A stretch of 64,000 bases of DNA, from assembly GCA_964423445.1 (NCBI GenBank), contig CAYREQ010000004.1, positions 2,700 to 66,699 on the forward strand. The letters are read 5' to 3'. The notes beneath the pieces were generated by a model, which saw nothing but the letters and a program-made list of their open reading frames with translations, was not told the origin of the DNA and made no database searches. The translations under genes were made by a program, and so were the position numbers. This DNA comes from an uncultured Candidatus Saccharibacteria bacterium. Lineage in GTDB: Bacteria > Patescibacteriota > Minisyncoccia > Phycocordibacterales > UBA9973. Shown here one piece after another: positions 36,844 through 47,167 of this stretch. The first letter of the stretch is position 1; each line of letters starts with the position of its first letter.

Positions 36844-37506
36844 TTAGTCAGCGAAGTGGCCTTTTTTATCTGCGCCGAAGAAAATCTTGTGAGCTGTTTT
36901 TAATATACTTTCAAATAGACTAGTGCTGTAGGATGAGAAGTTAAAAATCACTATGAGTGTAAATATAGTCAGAGAAAGTTTTATACTAAAAAAAGAAAGC
37001 GGTATCGCGATGATGCCAAAAAATACAGGCACCAGTGTGCGGATAGTACTACCACGAATTTCTCTTTTTGTTATTTCTGGATTTTTAATATGCTCAGAGT
37101 AAAGTACGTATCGTCGCATCCAATATAAAGTGAGTCCTATCAAGACTATGTGTGTTCCGAATATTATTACAGAGAGTTCATTTTTACTATACTCTCCCAA
37201 GATGCTAGTAGAAAATGGAACCAAACTAATCAACATAAAAAATAAAGCATTTATATTTACGAGCATAGAATCTACTGTCTTTGCATAAATTGAAACAAAG
37301 AAATGGTGTGCTCGCCAATAAGTAAAGAGTAGAGAGAAACTCAAAATATAACTTAGGAAAAGAGGGAGTAGCTGTTTTATCTGAAGCCAAAGACCCATGT
37401 TGTCTACCGGTCCCCAAATAATTGGTAATTTAATTTCAAAAACTAAAATCGTCATAACGATAGCAAATATGCCATCGGACAATTGATCTAATCTTGAGTG
37501 GTTCAT
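36844..37506 (-). CDS. TMEM175 family potassium channel
   Basis: RLDQLSDGIFAIVMTILV signature, W..HH. Confidence 0.9.
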   Translation of the reverse strand: MNHSRLDQLSDGIFAIVMTILVFEIKLPIIWGPVDNMGLWLQIKQLLPLFLSYILSFSLLFTYWRAHHFFVSIYAKTVDSMLVNINALFFMLISLVPFSTSILGEYSKNELSVIIFGTHIVLIGLTLYWMRRYVLYSEHIKNPEITKREIRGSTIRTLVPVFFGIIAIPLSFFSIKLSLTIFTLIVIFNFSSYSTSLFESILKTAHKIFFGADKKGHFAD

Positions 37507-37543
37507 ACTATAAATATAACATTATGCTAGAATAACAAGCAAT

Positions 37544-38338
37544 ATGAAAATTGGAATTTTTGATTCAGGTCTCGGTGGACTTATCATCATGAAAGCCATC
37601 CATAAATTGATGCCAGAATATGACTACGTATATCTAGGAGACACAAAGAGAGTGCCTTATGGAAATCGTAGTGAAGAGGCAATATTTGAATTTACAAAAG
37701 AAGGAATAGACTATCTCTTTCGTAAAGAAAATTGTGCAATCATCGTAATCGCTTGCAACACAGCTTCGGCAAAAGCTCTGCGAAAATTGCAAAGAGAATA
37801 TTTACCGAAAAATTTTAAAGACAGAAAAATACTCGGTGTGCTAATTCCAGCAGCGGAAGAAACTCTGAAATTTAAAAAAGTTGGAGTACTTGCCACCAGG
37901 GGCACAGTCAGTTCTGGAACATTTCAAAAAGAAATAAAGAAAGTAAATAAAGAAATAAAAGTATTTCAAAATTCTGCTCCCATGCTCGCATCTCTCGCTG
38001 AAGAAGGAAAGAATGATTTGGCCATACCATTTATCAAAAAATATTTAAAAGTTTTTGAAAATAAAAATTTAGATGCACTCGTCCTGGGGTGTACTCACTA
38101 CCCAATATTTAAAAAAGATGTTCGTAAAATTATGGGTAATAATATAAAGATAATTTCTCAAGATGAAATCGTGCCAAAAAAGTTTAAAAAATATCTAGAA
38201 AGACACCGCGAAATAAACAAGAAGCTCACATGTAATAGAGAAGTACGTATCCTAGTTACAGACAAGACGCCGATGGTAAAAAATCTAACATTAAAATGGT
38301 TTGGTAAGACACAGCCAAAATTGGTGAAATTGTCATAA
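37544..38338 (+). CDS. murI: Glutamate racemase
   Basis: FDSGLGG, PYG, IACNTAS, LGCTHY. Confidence 0.97.
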   Translation: MKIGIFDSGLGGLIIMKAIHKLMPEYDYVYLGDTKRVPYGNRSEEAIFEFTKEGIDYLFRKENCAIIVIACNTASAKALRKLQREYLPKNFKDRKILGVLIPAAEETLKFKKVGVLATRGTVSSGTFQKEIKKVNKEIKVFQNSAPMLASLAEEGKNDLAIPFIKKYLKVFENKNLDALVLGCTHYPIFKKDVRKIMGNNIKIISQDEIVPKKFKKYLERHREINKKLTCNREVRILVTDKTPMVKNLTLKWFGKTQPKLVKLS

Positions 38339-38365
38339 ATTTTTTAGTAATGATATTATATTCAT

Positions 38366-38953
38366 ATGGAAGAATTCAAAAAAATTGAAAACACTGATAC
38401 AAAAAAACCAGAAACAGAGGCTGTTTTACAAAACTTAGAAACAAGAGAAAATCCTGCCGAGGACTCTCAACCTATTAATAAAAACGAGGGTGATATAGAA
38501 AAAACTAATGTTTTAGAAAATTTTAACACTGAAGATTTAATGGTGGCTGGTAGTAGGTTAATCAGTGCGTTGAAAGAAAGAGACGAAGAACGGTTAATCC
38601 CTATAATTGAACCAGAGGAAGTAGGAAAAATGATATCTGGTTTTAGAAACATAGAAGATGGTGTGAAATCTAAAAAAATTGAACAAGTAGAAAGTGGTTT
38701 TGAAAACATAGGCCGAGCACTAGAGACCATAGGCAACGCCGACAGAAGAGGAGCTATGCACGAAGATGAAGAAAGCCTACTCAAGGTTGGCTTTGCGATA
38801 AGAGACTTGCAAGGTATATTTTCATCAAAAATAAATCCTCTGGGAGAAAGTGATTCTCTGGTAATGAAAATACAGAGAATAAATAATGTTATTGATAACA
38901 AAAAATTGTATATATCTAGAAGGATAGAATTGCTTCGAGATTATAATAATTAA
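38366..38953 (+). CDS. Helical hypothetical protein
   Basis: 195 aa, acidic N-terminal tail, no recognisable motif. Confidence 0.7.
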   Translation: MEEFKKIENTDTKKPETEAVLQNLETRENPAEDSQPINKNEGDIEKTNVLENFNTEDLMVAGSRLISALKERDEERLIPIIEPEEVGKMISGFRNIEDGVKSKKIEQVESGFENIGRALETIGNADRRGAMHEDEESLLKVGFAIRDLQGIFSSKINPLGESDSLVMKIQRINNVIDNKKLYISRRIELLRDYNN

Positions 38954-39735
38954 TCTTTAAATTCTATAAAAATAGGGCAGTGGTCTGAACCCATATAATT
39001 ACTGAGCATGTCTGCTTTTTTTATTTTTGGTATAAATTTTTTATCTGCAAAAAAATAATCTATCCGCCAGCCGACATTTCTATCTCTAGATCTAGTCTTT
39101 TGATCCCAGTATGTGTACACATCTTTTTTATTTGGATGCATACTTCTCCATACATCTATAAAGTCATTTTTTATCACTTTAGAAATCCACGCTCGCTCTA
39201 TCGGCAAGAAGCCAGTGTTCTCTTCGTTTGCTTTTGGTCGAGCCAAATCTATGGCTTCGTGGGCAGTATTTACATCGCCACAAAAAATTACATGCTCACC
39301 ATTTTTGCGAAGCTTGTTTATAAATTTTAAAAACTCTTCATAAAATTCTAGTTTGTATTCTAGGCGATGTGGACCTTGGCCACCGTTTGGAAAATAGCCA
39401 TTGATGATAGTAAAATTTTTAAACTTCGCACCTATCAATCTACCTTCTTCATCCAATCTTTTTTTGTCACCTTTCAACCCCATGCCATAAAAAACTTCTT
39501 TTGGTTTTTCTTTTGTATAAATTGCGACTCCACTATAACCCTTCTTTTCTTTCGGGTGAGAAAAATAAGAAAAGTATCCAGGTATATTTTTTACTTCATC
39601 GGGAAGCTGACTCGGCTCTACTTTTGTCTCCTGTAGACACAAGACGTCTGGTTTTTCTTTTTTAAAAATTGGTGATAAAAAACCCTGTTTAGCTGTAGCA
39701 CGTAATCCATTTGTATTCCAAGAAATTATTTTCAT
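38950..39735 (-). CDS. xth: Exodeoxyribonuclease III
   Basis: SWNTNG, LQETK, GYSGV, GDVNTAH, GWRIDY, SDHCP. Confidence 0.96.
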   Translation of the reverse strand: MKIISWNTNGLRATAKQGFLSPIFKKEKPDVLCLQETKVEPSQLPDEVKNIPGYFSYFSHPKEKKGYSGVAIYTKEKPKEVFYGMGLKGDKKRLDEEGRLIGAKFKNFTIINGYFPNGGQGPHRLEYKLEFYEEFLKFINKLRKNGEHVIFCGDVNTAHEAIDLARPKANEENTGFLPIERAWISKVIKNDFIDVWRSMHPNKKDVYTYWDQKTRSRDRNVGWRIDYFFADKKFIPKIKKADMLSNYMGSDHCPIFIEFKD

Positions 39736-39752
39736 TATTTTTATATTACTTT

Positions 39753-40673
39753 TTAATTTGTTTTATTATGAAATTTTTCATGTATGTCTCGCAAGTGTTT
39801 GTCTGTGACGTGTGTGTATATTTGTGTCGTACCTATATTTGCATGTCCGAGTATCGCTTGGACCGAGCGCAAGTCTGCACCATTGCCAAGTAAGTCAGTA
39901 GCAAACATATGACGCATGACGTGTGGAGTAACTTTTTTTGAAATACCAGCTTTGATAGCATGCATCTTTACGATGCGTTCTATAGACCTCTGAGTGAGAG
40001 CACCATTGGTTTTATTTTTTTTAATTTTATTTTCTACTTGCACAAAAAGTGCATCACTCATATCCTTGCGAGCGTTTAAATAATTTTTTACATATTTTTT
40101 TGCATCAGCTGACATGAAAACTACGCGCACCTTTCCTCCTTTTCCACGGATTGAAAGCTCTGAAGATGATAAGTCTATATCCGAAGTTAGTGAGCACAAT
40201 TCTGATACACGAAGACCTGTAGAAAATAAAAGTTCTAGTATCGCTTTATCACGTAAATCTTTTATATCTCCACCTTTTGGAGAGTTTAATAATCTATTTA
40301 ATTCTACGGGGGTGATGAGATCAAGTGAGCGCTCACTCACTTTTGCTAATTCTATACGTTCAGCAGGCAAGGTCTTTATTTCTTGTCTGGCTAAGTATTT
40401 CAAAAAAGCGCGAAGAGCTATCAAATAATAATTTTGAGTCTTTTTGGTGAGAGTTTCACCTTTTGCTTTAGCATTACCGGCACTTTGCCTGTTTAGCCAC
40501 ATACGAAATTCACGAATAGAGGCATCAGTGATGTCTTCTGGGTTGTCATTTTTTGAAAATTCTAAAAAACGAGTTAGATAATGGTCATAATTTCGTACAG
40601 TATGTAGAGAACGGCCCTTTTCTATCTCTACGTACTCCAAAAATTGAGTTTTTAGCTGTTTTAGCGATGCCAT
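39753..40673 (-). CDS. XerC/D-family tyrosine recombinase
   Basis: TGLRVSEL, GKGGK.R, HVMRHMFAT, LGH, TQIYT. Confidence 0.92.
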   Translation of the reverse strand: MASLKQLKTQFLEYVEIEKGRSLHTVRNYDHYLTRFLEFSKNDNPEDITDASIREFRMWLNRQSAGNAKAKGETLTKKTQNYYLIALRAFLKYLARQEIKTLPAERIELAKVSERSLDLITPVELNRLLNSPKGGDIKDLRDKAILELLFSTGLRVSELCSLTSDIDLSSSELSIRGKGGKVRVVFMSADAKKYVKNYLNARKDMSDALFVQVENKIKKNKTNGALTQRSIERIVKMHAIKAGISKKVTPHVMRHMFATDLLGNGADLRSVQAILGHANIGTTQIYTHVTDKHLRDIHEKFHNKTN

Positions 40674-40760
40674 ATATATAGTATAGCAAATATTTTGCGA
40701 CATTATGGGCCTAATTAGCTATATATTGCAATTTTTTAGGTTTTGTGCTACTATAGGGAA

Positions 40761-41024
40761 ATGTTAGCAACAAAGAAAAAACAGACAATTATAAAGAAAC
40801 ATCAGGTACACGACAAAGATACTGGCTCTCCAGAGGTCCAAGTAGCTGTAATTTCTGCTGCAATCGACGAATTGGCAAAACACCTAAAGAAACACAAGAA
40901 AGATAATCACTCACGAAGAGGACTTATCAAGATGGTTGCCGACAGACGAACTCATTTAAAATACTTAGAACGAACAAATAAGACTCGCTATAACGCTTTA
41001 ATGAAGAAAATGGATCTAGCATAG
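40761..41024 (+). CDS. rpsO: 30S ribosomal protein S15
   Basis: DTGSPEVQ, HKKDNHSRRGL. Confidence 0.97.
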   Translation: MLATKKKQTIIKKHQVHDKDTGSPEVQVAVISAAIDELAKHLKKHKKDNHSRRGLIKMVADRRTHLKYLERTNKTRYNALMKKMDLA

Positions 41025-41064
41025 ATCCATTTCTTTGTTTTTACGAGCGTGTTACAATTTAAAT

Positions 41065-41580
41065 ATGACAGTAATAAAACATAAAGAACAAAGAGTCGGA
41101 GTTTTTATTGATACTCAAAATCTCTACCACTGTGCTCGAAACCTATACAAGGCTCGAGTAAATTTTGGTGCAGTATTAAAAGACGCAGTCGCAGGGCGAA
41201 AGCTGGTGCGCGCGGTAGCTTATGTGATCACTACTGAAGCAGGGGATGAAAAAAATTTCTTTGAAGCATTGGGTAAGCTCGGTATTGAAACTAAAACAAA
41301 AGATTTACAAATATTTGCAGGTGGTAGTAAAAAAGCTGATTGGGATGTGGGGCTCGCAGTGGACGCTATCAAAATGTCTCCAAGACTAGACTCAGTGGTA
41401 ATAGTATCTGGAGACGGAGACTTTGTGCCACTAGTAGAATACTTACAAACCATAGGTGTACAAGTAGAAGTGGTGTCTTTTGGAAAATCAACATCTGGCA
41501 AACTTCGTGAAGTGGTGGACGACTTTGTGGATCTTTCTGATAATCCTAAAAAATATTTAATCGGTGCTACAACTAGATAA
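41065..41580 (+). CDS. NYN domain (LabA/DUF88) protein
   Basis: FIDTQN, DWDVGLAVD, SGDGDF. Confidence 0.92.
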   Translation: MTVIKHKEQRVGVFIDTQNLYHCARNLYKARVNFGAVLKDAVAGRKLVRAVAYVITTEAGDEKNFFEALGKLGIETKTKDLQIFAGGSKKADWDVGLAVDAIKMSPRLDSVVIVSGDGDFVPLVEYLQTIGVQVEVVSFGKSTSGKLREVVDDFVDLSDNPKKYLIGATTR

Positions 41581-41624
41581 ATCTAGTTAATACATAATTT
41601 TTTATAAGTTTAATTCTCATAAAA

Positions 41625-44600
41625 ATGCCAAAAGAAAAATTTATAATTTTAAAACCAATACAAGATAAACCCAAAGTTTCTAAAAAAAAGGAAGGTGGGA
41701 TAAATGATTATAAGGAAAAAGTACCTACATATAAAGAAAGAGTCATAGTAACTCGCTCAAATGGAGAAATAGAAGATGATTGGGAGCTTATGAGTGTAGG
41801 AGATGGTAAGGCTGTCGTAGAAAAAGAGGATATAAGCTCTGGAGAAAGGATACGAAAAGTTATACCAGAAAATGAACTTCGTTTTGTTAAAGATAAAAAT
41901 AAAAACCCAGAAGTATTGAAATATATAGAAGACGCAAAAAATACTGTAGCTTGCTCAAGTTGCGGAAGAATACAAGAAGCTACTGCTGTATTTTGTGGCT
42001 CTTGTGGAAAGCCTATGAATAAAACAGAAGAACCTGTAAAAAAAGAAACGGTATCTGTTTTTTGTCCTTTTTGTGGCAAAGAGCAAAATAATGAAGCTGT
42101 TTTTTGTGGTTTTTGTGGTGAAAAAATACCTGGTTTAGAAAATACAAATGAAGAAGTAGACTCACCAGACGCAGGAGAATTGATGGATAAAGCTTTAAAA
42201 AATATAAATAGAGTAACTTCTAAAGAAAAAGAGGTAAAGCTGACAGACGTGGAATTTAATCAAATGCTCGAAGAAGATGCAGAAAAATGGAGAGACGATA
42301 TAAAAACATTTAAATTAGATTTAGAAAAATTGCTTCCACCAGAATTTAACAACTTAACCCCTATACAAAAACAAAAAGTTTTACAAGATTCAAAAAAGAG
42401 AATCGTGGACATCGTAAAGGCTGATGCTCAAACTCAATACTCTGAAGAATTGAAGAAGCGAATGCAAGAAAACATAGGTGCAAAGTGGAAATATCAGGGC
42501 AAAATAATGACTGGTATAAGAAATATAAAAACTTCTATAAAATCTTCTTTCACAAAAGAGCGCGACATAAAAAATACAGAAAATGAAACTTACTTAAAAA
42601 TCATAAATAGCGAGGAAGGCAAAAAACTAATCACTGAAGACTTACAAAGATTGGTTGAAATAGTGGGTAAACAAAAAGTACATTTAAACTATAAGGGAGA
42701 AATGTATGTAAATTATTTAAATGTATATAGTGAAATACCAGACAATGAACGTACAGAGGAGCAAGAAAAAATTTATAGTGATTTTAATATCAGAGCTGGA
42801 AAATTTTCAAATATGCCTTATGAGTGGGGGCAGGAAAAAGAAAAAAAATATTGGGGAAACAGGAAAAAATATGAGGAAGCAAAAGCCGAATACGAACATG
42901 CGAGAAATGAAGTTCTAAAAATAAAATCTGAATTAAAAGGCAACGAAATTGCATTGATTGAAATGCTAAAAGCAGACAACTCTATAAAACTAGAGCAACT
43001 TTTAAATACACACCCAGAATTTGAAAAAGCTCTAGATGATTTTACAAAAACTGCTGGATGGAGAGAAAAACTTAAATCTATTGGTAGTGCCGCAAACACA
43101 TTGTCTGGAAAAAATATGATAAATAGGGGATTAGTATTAGGTGGTGCGGGAATAAGAGCGGGAGCAAAAATTTTGCCGTGGATTGCTGGTGCTAGTGCAG
43201 GCGTGGCTACTTTGAGTACAGCCATAGCCACACCTATAGCTGGAGGAGTAATCGGTTTTTATAGAGGTAAATTTAAAGCAAAAGAAACACTACAAGAAAG
43301 ACAAAAAGGAGCGAGATATGGACAAAAAGATGAGAGTGCTGAAAAAGTAGCCACAGCCGACGCTACTAGACTAGCGGCTCGTTTACAAGATTTAGTAAAT
43401 GAAATAGCTTTATTAGACGGAGAACAAAAAGCAAAAAAACTAGCAAACCTAGCTGTGAGAATAGAACACTCTATTGGTAAAATAGAGAAGGGGCAAGTAA
43501 ATTTTGGAAACGCAAAATCATCTTTGGTAAATCAATTTAATTTAGTAAATGCTTTAAACCAAGCTGTGGCTTTAAAAGAATTGAATTCTAGTGATACACA
43601 TATAGAAGTAAAAAATAGAATTGAAAGTCTGTTAAAAAATGTCGGTGAAAATATAGCAGAAAATACATCAAAAGCACAAAAATCTTTCGTGAGAAAACAA
43701 GCTTGGAAGGGTGCACTTATCGGTGGCGGGCTTGCTGGAGTTGGTTATGGAGTTAGATATCTTACAGAAAATTTAATTTTTTCAACAGAGACACCTTCAG
43801 TAAAAGAGGATGTTCTGTCAAAAAACACAAACACAGGAGTAAAGACTCCAATAAAAACACCTAGTGGTTCACCTACAGAAACACCTGCAGTTAAGTCTTC
43901 ACCTACAAGTACTCCGACCCCAGAAAACACAGAAACTCCTAAACCTTCACCAACAAAAACTCCAGGTGTAGTAGATGATAGTACTGTAAAAGATGCAGAC
44001 AAAGCTCCAGCTAAAGTTGAAAACTTTGTTAATAAAGGAATAACTATAGAGCGAGGTGGTTCAATCAAAGCAATTTCAAACTTACAAAAACAACTAAAGG
44101 CTGAGTACCCAGACATATCAAAAGCTCCAAAAAATATTCAAGATTTCGTAAACGCAGACCCTACAAAAAAAGCTATCGAACTCGGTTTTTATGACCCTAC
44201 AAAGAAAGCAGAGAGCGCTCTCGTTCAAAAAGGTTCTGTCTTAAAATTTGATTCAACTGGAAAACTTTTATTTGGTAAGCCAGATGTTGATGGAAATATA
44301 GCTGAACTCGGTGATAAATACACTGGCAAAATGCTAGATTCTGATAGACCAAAAATAATAGAGGAGCGCCCTAGGGTTAGGAGAATTAGACAAAATGTAA
44401 TACCAAAAAACATAGAAAATGTAAAAATGCCGAAAAGTACAGACACTATAGATCTTCCTCAATCAAAGCCTTCAGATAACATTACCCTTCGACCAGAAAA
44501 TAAAATACCAGAAAAACCAAAAGACATAGATGTAAACACAATAGTAAAGGAACAAGCCCCAGCAGTAGCAGCAGATGCTCCGGTAACAGATGCAAAACCT

Positions 44601-45035
44601 ACACCTGCTCCAAAAATTTCACCTACACCTGAAGAACAAAAGATAAAAATAGAAACACAAATGGATTTAATAGAAGAATATCCAGAACTTAAAGGTAGTC
44701 CCTTTATAAAAAATCCTCCATCTGGTATGTCGGGGGCAAAAATAGTTGAAATTACTAAACTATACAATGAAAATGTTGCAAAACTATCAGGAAATGACCC
44801 TGAAAACTGGTCTTATGTAAAAGATGTCCCGACTAAAAACTTTTTAGGACAAAAAGTTGTTCAAGGAGATAAAATGGTTCCATATCTTAATAAACTCAAA
44901 GAAATAAGTGGTCTAAATCCTGAATATAATGTTATAGATGGCGATGAATCCATAGAAAAATATATGGTAAGAGTGCATGAATGGGCAGTAAAAAATAATA
45001 AATTGGGTGAAGTAAAGAATATAAAGATAGAATAA
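41625..45035 (+). CDS. Large hypothetical protein: double zinc ribbons, glycine-rich hydrophobic helices, Pro/Thr linker
   Basis: CSSC..CGSC and CPFC..CGFC; GLVLGGAG.. and GALIGGGLAGVG segments. Confidence 0.82.
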   Translation: MPKEKFIILKPIQDKPKVSKKKEGGINDYKEKVPTYKERVIVTRSNGEIEDDWELMSVGDGKAVVEKEDISSGERIRKVIPENELRFVKDKNKNPEVLKYIEDAKNTVACSSCGRIQEATAVFCGSCGKPMNKTEEPVKKETVSVFCPFCGKEQNNEAVFCGFCGEKIPGLENTNEEVDSPDAGELMDKALKNINRVTSKEKEVKLTDVEFNQMLEEDAEKWRDDIKTFKLDLEKLLPPEFNNLTPIQKQKVLQDSKKRIVDIVKADAQTQYSEELKKRMQENIGAKWKYQGKIMTGIRNIKTSIKSSFTKERDIKNTENETYLKIINSEEGKKLITEDLQRLVEIVGKQKVHLNYKGEMYVNYLNVYSEIPDNERTEEQEKIYSDFNIRAGKFSNMPYEWGQEKEKKYWGNRKKYEEAKAEYEHARNEVLKIKSELKGNEIALIEMLKADNSIKLEQLLNTHPEFEKALDDFTKTAGWREKLKSIGSAANTLSGKNMINRGLVLGGAGIRAGAKILPWIAGASAGVATLSTAIATPIAGGVIGFYRGKFKAKETLQERQKGARYGQKDESAEKVATADATRLAARLQDLVNEIALLDGEQKAKKLANLAVRIEHSIGKIEKGQVNFGNAKSSLVNQFNLVNALNQAVALKELNSSDTHIEVKNRIESLLKNVGENIAENTSKAQKSFVRKQAWKGALIGGGLAGVGYGVRYLTENLIFSTETPSVKEDVLSKNTNTGVKTPIKTPSGSPTETPAVKSSPTSTPTPENTETPKPSPTKTPGVVDDSTVKDADKAPAKVENFVNKGITIERGGSIKAISNLQKQLKAEYPDISKAPKNIQDFVNADPTKKAIELGFYDPTKKAESALVQKGSVLKFDSTGKLLFGKPDVDGNIAELGDKYTGKMLDSDRPKIIEERPRVRRIRQNVIPKNIENVKMPKSTDTIDLPQSKPSDNITLRPENKIPEKPKDIDVNTIVKEQAPAVAADAPVTDAKPTPAPKISPTPEEQKIKIETQMDLIEEYPELKGSPFIKNPPSGMSGAKIVEITKLYNENVAKLSGNDPENWSYVKDVPTKNFLGQKVVQGDKMVPYLNKLKEISGLNPEYNVIDGDESIEKYMVRVHEWAVKNNKLGEVKNIKIE

Positions 45036-45071
45036 TAAAACTAACATCACTCTATGCTATAATGCTACGAC

Positions 45072-47117
45072 ATGAAGCATTTGGAAGGTTTAAATGACAA
45101 GCAGAGAGAAGCGGCCATTCATATGGATGGTCCGCTTTTGATTGTGGCTGGAGCAGGAGCCGGTAAGACAAAGACTATTACTCATAGAATAGTGAATCTA
45201 ATAAAAGAAGGCATATATCCAAATAAAATATTAGCAGTTACTTTTACCAATAAAGCTGCAAAAGAAATGCGGGAAAGGGTTATAGCTGAAATAAATAAAA
45301 ATTCCAATGGTGTAGAAGAGCAGAATAGTCTACCTTTTGTCAGCACCTTTCACTCACTCGGAGTATATATCATAAAAGAAAATGCTAGAATCCTTGGGCT
45401 CACAAAATACTTCACAATCCTAGATGATGGAGATACAAATAGCATGATAAAAGATATCCTAAAAGAACTAGGGATAGATCCAAAACAATACGAACCGAGG
45501 AAAATAAAGAATATAATCTCTCGAGAGAAGGGAAAATTTGTGCACTTAGAGGATTATGCTGAATCTTCAGCAAATACTTTATCAAAAATAGTAGCTCAAG
45601 TCTGGAATTTATATGAAAAGAGAAAAATGAAAGAAAATGCCTTAGATTTTGATGATTTATTACTAAAAGCCACAAATTTATTGAAACAAAACAAAGAAAT
45701 TAGAGAATACTATCAAGATAAATGGGAGTATATACACATAGATGAGTATCAAGACACAAATGAAGTGCAATATCTTATGTCTAAATTATTGTCAGAAAAA
45801 AGTAAAAATATCGTAGTGGTGGGGGATGCAGATCAAAATATATATTCTTGGCGTGGAGCAAATTTAAAAAATATTTTGAATTTTGAGAAAGACTATCCTA
45901 ATGCAAAAATAATAATGCTTGAGCAAAATTATAGATCTACTCAAAATATTCTAGAAGCTGCCAATGAGATAATTAAAAAAAATAAATACAGACCTGATAA
46001 AAATTTATTTACAAAAAATGAAACAGGGGAGAAGATAGGTCTATACGAAGCACTCGATGAGACAGACGAAGCAGATTTTGTGACGACAAAAATTCTAGAA
46101 ATCCTAGATAGTGGAGAAAATGTTTTTGAACAGGGTCTCTCGCAGGGCGACGGCCCGAGAGGGAGCGCTGTGCGAACACGCACAGACAGCGACCCTGAGC
46201 AAAAAGCATTTTCTCCACTATCTAAAGTCGCAATACTATATAGAGCAAATTTTCAATCACGAGCATTAGAAGAAGCCATGCTTCGCTACAATATTCCATA
46301 CCAAGTACTCGGTGTAAAATTTTTTGAAAGACGAGAAATAAAAGATACGCTAGCTTATCTCCGAGCCGCATTAAATCCGCAAAGCCTATCTGATGTAAAA
46401 AGAATAATAAATTTTCCTACTCGTGGAATAGGAAAGGTGACTTTGTTAAAAATTTTTTCTGGAGAAACAGAAAACTTACCAATAAAAATGAGAGTGAAAA
46501 TAAATAATTTTTATCAAACACTGGAAGAGATAAAAGAAAAAATTCAAAGTGATAAAGCAAGCCAGGTAATAAAATTTGTAGTAACAAAATCAGGCATAGA
46601 ACATGAATTGCAAAATGGCACAGAAGAAGATGTGGAGAGATTAGAAAACATAAAAGAATTGGCTACTCTCGCATTAAAATATGATAATTTGACTGAAGGT
46701 AAAGGCATAGAAAAACTTTTGGAGGATGCGTCTTTGGCGTCAGACCAAGACAGCATAATGCTAAATCAGGAAAAGAGTGAAAAGAAAAAAGAAATAAATG
46801 CTGTAAAATTGATGACAGTGCATGCGGCAAAAGGGCTCGAATTCAACCAAGTTTTTATCACCGGATTAGAAGATGGTCTCTTCCCACACCAAAGAAATGG
46901 TGACGGAGACGACAGCAGTGACCACGAAGAAGAGCGTAGACTTTTTTATGTAGCACTCACCAGAGCTCGTAATAAATTATTTTTATCTTTCGCAAATTTT
47001 CGTACTATATTTGGATCAAGACAAATAAATTCTCCATCAGAATTTATTTCTGACATACCACCAGATATTTTAGAAAAAGAAGGAGAAAATGATAGAATTA
47101 AAACAATTTATATATAA
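45072..47117 (+). CDS. pcrA: ATP-dependent DNA helicase PcrA/UvrD
   Basis: AGAGAGKT, TFTNKAA, DEYQD, GDADQ.IY.WRGA, NYRS, HAAKGLEF, EERRLFYVA.TRA. Confidence 0.96.
   Translation: MKHLEGLNDKQREAAIHMDGPLLIVAGAGAGKTKTITHRIVNLIKEGIYPNKILAVTFTNKAAKEMRERVIAEINKNSNGVEEQNSLPFVSTFHSLGVYIIKENARILGLTKYFTILDDGDTNSMIKDILKELGIDPKQYEPRKIKNIISREKGKFVHLEDYAESSANTLSKIVAQVWNLYEKRKMKENALDFDDLLLKATNLLKQNKEIREYYQDKWEYIHIDEYQDTNEVQYLMSKLLSEKSKNIVVVGDADQNIYSWRGANLKNILNFEKDYPNAKIIMLEQNYRSTQNILEAANEIIKKNKYRPDKNLFTKNETGEKIGLYEALDETDEADFVTTKILEILDSGENVFEQGLSQGDGPRGSAVRTRTDSDPEQKAFSPLSKVAILYRANFQSRALEEAMLRYNIPYQVLGVKFFERREIKDTLAYLRAALNPQSLSDVKRIINFPTRGIGKVTLLKIFSGETENLPIKMRVKINNFYQTLEEIKEKIQSDKASQVIKFVVTKSGIEHELQNGTEEDVERLENIKELATLALKYDNLTEGKGIEKLLEDASLASDQDSIMLNQEKSEKKKEINAVKLMTVHAAKGLEFNQVFITGLEDGLFPHQRNGDGDDSSDHEEERRLFYVALTRARNKLFLSFANFRTIFGSRQINSPSEFISDIPPDILEKEGENDRIKTIYI
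46105..46224. mobile_element. 120-bp palindromic (MITE/RPE-like) element inserted in frame in pcrA
   Basis: Perfect 18-bp terminal inverted repeat TAGATAGTGGAGAAAATG/CATTTTCTCCACTATCTA, GC-rich nested hairpins. Confidence 0.75.
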
Positions 47118-47167
47118 ACAATATCTACGCCATGACGTAGATATTGTAATTAGAAAAATATAAAATT

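Noticed and set aside
39753-40673. Integrase of a mobile element
   Set aside because: Looks like a housekeeping XerC/D between xth and rpsO; no att repeats or cargo
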